Shown piece by piece: positions 26,038-28,693 of a DNA stretch of 28,693 nucleotides (the stretch's first letter is position 1; every line of letters begins with the position of its first letter). The DNA lies in the NCBI GenBank assembly GCA_051882695.1, contig JBJESH010000329.1, positions 1 to 28,693 on the forward strand, written 5' to 3'. The translations under genes and the position numbers were made by a program. This DNA comes from Oscillospiraceae bacterium. GTDB taxonomy: Bacteria > Bacillota > Clostridia > Oscillospirales > Ruminococcaceae. Below the pieces are notes generated by a model that was given only the letters and a program-made list of their open reading frames with translations, searched no databases and was not told where the DNA came from.

Positions 26038-27696
26038 TCACTTATTATCGTTGTCTCTGATTGCAACTCGTCTGATTTTGCCGCTGATCGTCTTAGGCAA
26101 TTCATCAACAAATTCAACAATTCTTGGATATTTATACGGAGCAGTATTTTTCTTAACATGCTCCTGAAGCTCTTTAATAAGCGCTTCATCACCCTTGTCC
26201 TTATATTCCTTAGTAAGAACGATAGTTGCCTTTACAACCTGACCTCTGATGGGATCCTTTGCGCCTGTTACTGCTACCTCAAGGACTGCAGGATGTTCCA
26301 TAAGAACGCTTTCGATCTCGAATGGTCCGATACGATAGCCGGAAGCCTTGATCACGTCATCGGTACGTCCAACATACCAGAAGTAACCGTCTTCATCGCG
26401 CCATGCTGTATCGCCTGTATGGTACATATTATTATTCCATGAATTATTTGTAGCTTCGGGATTTTTATAATATTCCTTGAACATACCGATTTGGTGCATA
26501 CCCTTTGTACGAATAACAATTTCACCTGTTTCACCGGCAGGAAGCGAATTTCCGTCCTCGTCAACAATATCAACATTGTAGAGAGGTGTAGGCTTGCCCA
26601 TTGAACCGGGCTTAGGCTCCATTCCCGGGAGATTTGCAACTACGAGAACAGTTTCGGTCTGACCGAAGCCCTCCATCAGCTTCAGACCTGTATATTCAAG
26701 CCATCTGTTGTAAACTTCGGGATTGAGTGCCTCACCTGCAATAGTGGAGTATTTAAGGTTTGAAAGGTCGTAATTCTCTATGCCCTCTTTGATAAACATA
26801 CGATACATAGTCGGAGGCGCACAGAAAGAGGTTACCTTATAATCCTGAATTTTCTGAAGAATATCAGCCGAATGGAAGCGATTGAAGTCATATACGAAAA
26901 CAGAAGCCGCACAGGCAAACTGGCCATACATTTTACCCCACATACACTTACCCCAGCCTGATTCGGAAATAGTGAAGTGGAGGGTGTCCTCCTTAATATT
27001 ATGCCAGTACTTAGCTGTCTGAATATGAGCAGCTGCATAGTAGTGGCTGTGGAGAACCATCTTGGGATAGCCTGTTGTTCCGCTTGTGAAGTAAAGCAGC
27101 ATATCATCGTCAACCTTGTTTTCTATGCGCTCAAGAGTTTCGGGGAACTTTTCAATTTCTTTGTCAAATGAGACCCATCCATCTCTGTCACCGCGAACAA
27201 TATATTTTTCAATTATGCCGTCATATTCCTTGAGTGATTCCTCAATGTGGTCGGTAACCTCACCGTCAGCTGTTGCAATAACATACTTAACGTCGGCAGC
27301 TTTGAAACGGTAGGTATAATCCTTTTTCATAAGCTGATTTGTAGCAGGAATAAGAACAGCACCGATCTTGCACAGCGCGATCGTAAGGAACCAGAACTGA
27401 TAATGACGCTTTAAAACAGCAAGAACCTTATCGCCTTTTTTAACTCCGTGCGCAAGCAGCATATTTGCTGTCTGATTGGATTTTTTCATAAGGTCGGAAT
27501 AAGTGAAGATATGCTCCTCACCTTCTTCGTTAAGCCATACCATTGCACGGCGTTCAGGCTCGTTCTTTGCAATTTCATCAATTATATCGTATCCGAAATT
27601 GAAATTTTCAGGAACATGAACCTCAAGCTTTGTAAGAACACCGTTGCTGTCAAATTCATCGCTGACAAACTTTTTATATAAATCTTTCATTTCCAT
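26038..27696 (-). CDS. AMP-forming acyl-CoA synthetase (short/medium-chain, MACS-like), 552 aa
   Basis: Start MEMKDLY (ATG 27696, RBS GAGGG); YFTSGTTGYPK P-loop, GEAL, FGQTET, TGD, GRTDDVIKASGYRIGPFEIE, PKTISGKI. Confidence 0.92.
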   Translation of the reverse strand: MEMKDLYKKFVSDEFDSNGVLTKLEVHVPENFNFGYDIIDEIAKNEPERRAMVWLNEEGEEHIFTYSDLMKKSNQTANMLLAHGVKKGDKVLAVLKRHYQFWFLTIALCKIGAVLIPATNQLMKKDYTYRFKAADVKYVIATADGEVTDHIEESLKEYDGIIEKYIVRGDRDGWVSFDKEIEKFPETLERIENKVDDDMLLYFTSGTTGYPKMVLHSHYYAAAHIQTAKYWHNIKEDTLHFTISESGWGKCMWGKMYGQFACAASVFVYDFNRFHSADILQKIQDYKVTSFCAPPTMYRMFIKEGIENYDLSNLKYSTIAGEALNPEVYNRWLEYTGLKLMEGFGQTETVLVVANLPGMEPKPGSMGKPTPLYNVDIVDEDGNSLPAGETGEIVIRTKGMHQIGMFKEYYKNPEATNNSWNNNMYHTGDTAWRDEDGYFWYVGRTDDVIKASGYRIGPFEIESVLMEHPAVLEVAVTGAKDPIRGQVVKATIVLTKEYKDKGDEALIKELQEHVKKNTAPYKYPRIVEFVDELPKTISGKIRRVAIRDNDNK

Positions 27697-27722
27697 TTGA
27701 ATATTACCCTCTTCCGAAAATT

Positions 27723-28286
27723 TTACTTGATAAGTATTGCAAGGAATTCGCACTTCTCACCGTTTGCTGCGATCATGCCATGAGGTGCGCTTGAATCGTA
27801 TATAATGGAATCACCCTTGCTGAGAACCTTGATTTTGCCGTCGATAACGATTTTCAGGCTTCCCGAAAGAATGTAATCATACTCCTGACCCTCATGAACA
27901 GAAAGTGAAATAGGCTTATCCTGCTCTTCCTCTGAATAAGGCGCAATAACAAGAAACGGCTCAATTTTCTTATCTTTAAAAAGATATGCAAGGTGCTGAT
28001 ATTCAAAGCTTTCACGGCGCTTAACAGGAAGTCCTGTTCCGTTTCTTACAACGCAATAGCGCTTGAGCTTTGGATTTTCTCCTGTGAGAAGCTCAATAAT
28101 ATCAACACCGAAAATCTCTGCACACTTATAAATAAATGTTACGGAAAAATCCTTTTCGCCCTTTTCGATAAGAGCGTAATCTTCTGCTGAACAGCCTGTT
28201 TTCTCGCACATTTCCTCGGCTGAAATTCCGAGAATATCGCGCAGACCCTTTAATCTTTCAGCCACTTCCTTAATGCTGTAATTCAT
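27723..28286 (-). CDS. XRE-family HTH plus cupin domain transcriptional regulator
   Basis: N-terminal HTH (VAERLKGLR...EEMCEKTG..Y..IEKG) and C-terminal cupin (HEGQEYDYILSG, GDSIIYDS..PHGM). Confidence 0.9.
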   Translation of the reverse strand: MNYSIKEVAERLKGLRDILGISAEEMCEKTGCSAEDYALIEKGEKDFSVTFIYKCAEIFGVDIIELLTGENPKLKRYCVVRNGTGLPVKRRESFEYQHLAYLFKDKKIEPFLVIAPYSEEEQDKPISLSVHEGQEYDYILSGSLKIVIDGKIKVLSKGDSIIYDSSAPHGMIAANGEKCEFLAILIK

Positions 28287-28693
28287 ATATCATACTCCCT
28301 TTCAATAATATTATAAATGTCCGACGGTTTTTCAGCAAGATAATCCGCACCGCCCGACAGCAATTCCTCTTTGGTTCTGAACCCCCATAAACATCCGACT
28401 GCCGTTACTCCGGCATTTTTTGCGGTAAACATATCGACGTTTGAATCGCCTGCAAAGTATGTATTCTTCTTTTCTGCACCAAGCCTTGACATTATGCTGT
28501 ACACAATATCCGGCTCAGGCTTTTTGGGAACTCCGGGCAAAGCGCCCTGCACATAATCGAAGCTGCCTCCAAAAAACTGTTTAACAAGAGCCTGTGTAAA
28601 CGAATCGGACTTATTTGAAGCGACAGCAATTTTACAGTCGTTTTTCTTCAGAGCAGCTATAAGCTCCTCGATCCCGTCATATGGACGGGTTTT
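28283..28693 (-). CDS. HAD-superfamily hydrolase (phosphoglycolate phosphatase-like); 5' part lies outside the window
   Basis: The frame is open from the right edge (KTRPYDGIEELI...VASNK...KKPEP...AGDSNVD...WGFR); stop overlaps the XRE start (ATGA). Confidence 0.85.
   Translation of the reverse strand, partial: KTRPYDGIEELIAALKKNDCKIAVASNKSDSFTQALVKQFFGGSFDYVQGALPGVPKKPEPDIVYSIMSRLGAEKKNTYFAGDSNVDMFTAKNAGVTAVGCLWGFRTKEELLSGGADYLAEKPSDIYNIIEREYDI

Overview
A 28.7 kb chromosomal segment from a spore-forming Clostridia-class bacterium, probably Ruminococcus/Oscillospiraceae-like (inferred from gene content: SASP, RuvC, ECF, CdaA/CdaR, sigmaA-type promoters with GGAGG RBSs). It is mostly housekeeping DNA. 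I saw no integrase, transposase, CRISPR array or att duplication. From left to right: a truncated IscU/NifU-N-like gene; an ADP-ribosylglycohydrolase directly behind a tRNA-Gly/Arg/His operon; an apparent 14 kb, 15-gene minus-strand unit (ruvC-ruvA-[alkaline phosphatase/NPP-family enzyme]-ruvB-glmM-SAM methyltransferase-two paralogous 2-TM microproteins-ecfA1-ecfA2-ecfT-truA-DUF5711-like-CvpA-like-ClpE-like); a plus-strand block pheA-ispD-ispF then DUF3343 plus a cysteine-desulfurase-like enzyme; a convergent SASP gene; dacA-cdaR-FAD oxidoreductase; a monocistronic cytoplasmic GH26-like hydrolase; and HAD-XRE/cupin-acyl-CoA synthetase. The most interesting signals are the phosphodiesterase inserted between ruvA and ruvB, a sigmaK-like promoter embedded in the 5' arm of a terminator upstream of the Se/S-carrier-desulfurase pair, two tandem unannotated microproteins that align without gaps, and the highly codon-biased IscU-like gene. 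All family assignments come from motif recognition by eye; no database searches were run.
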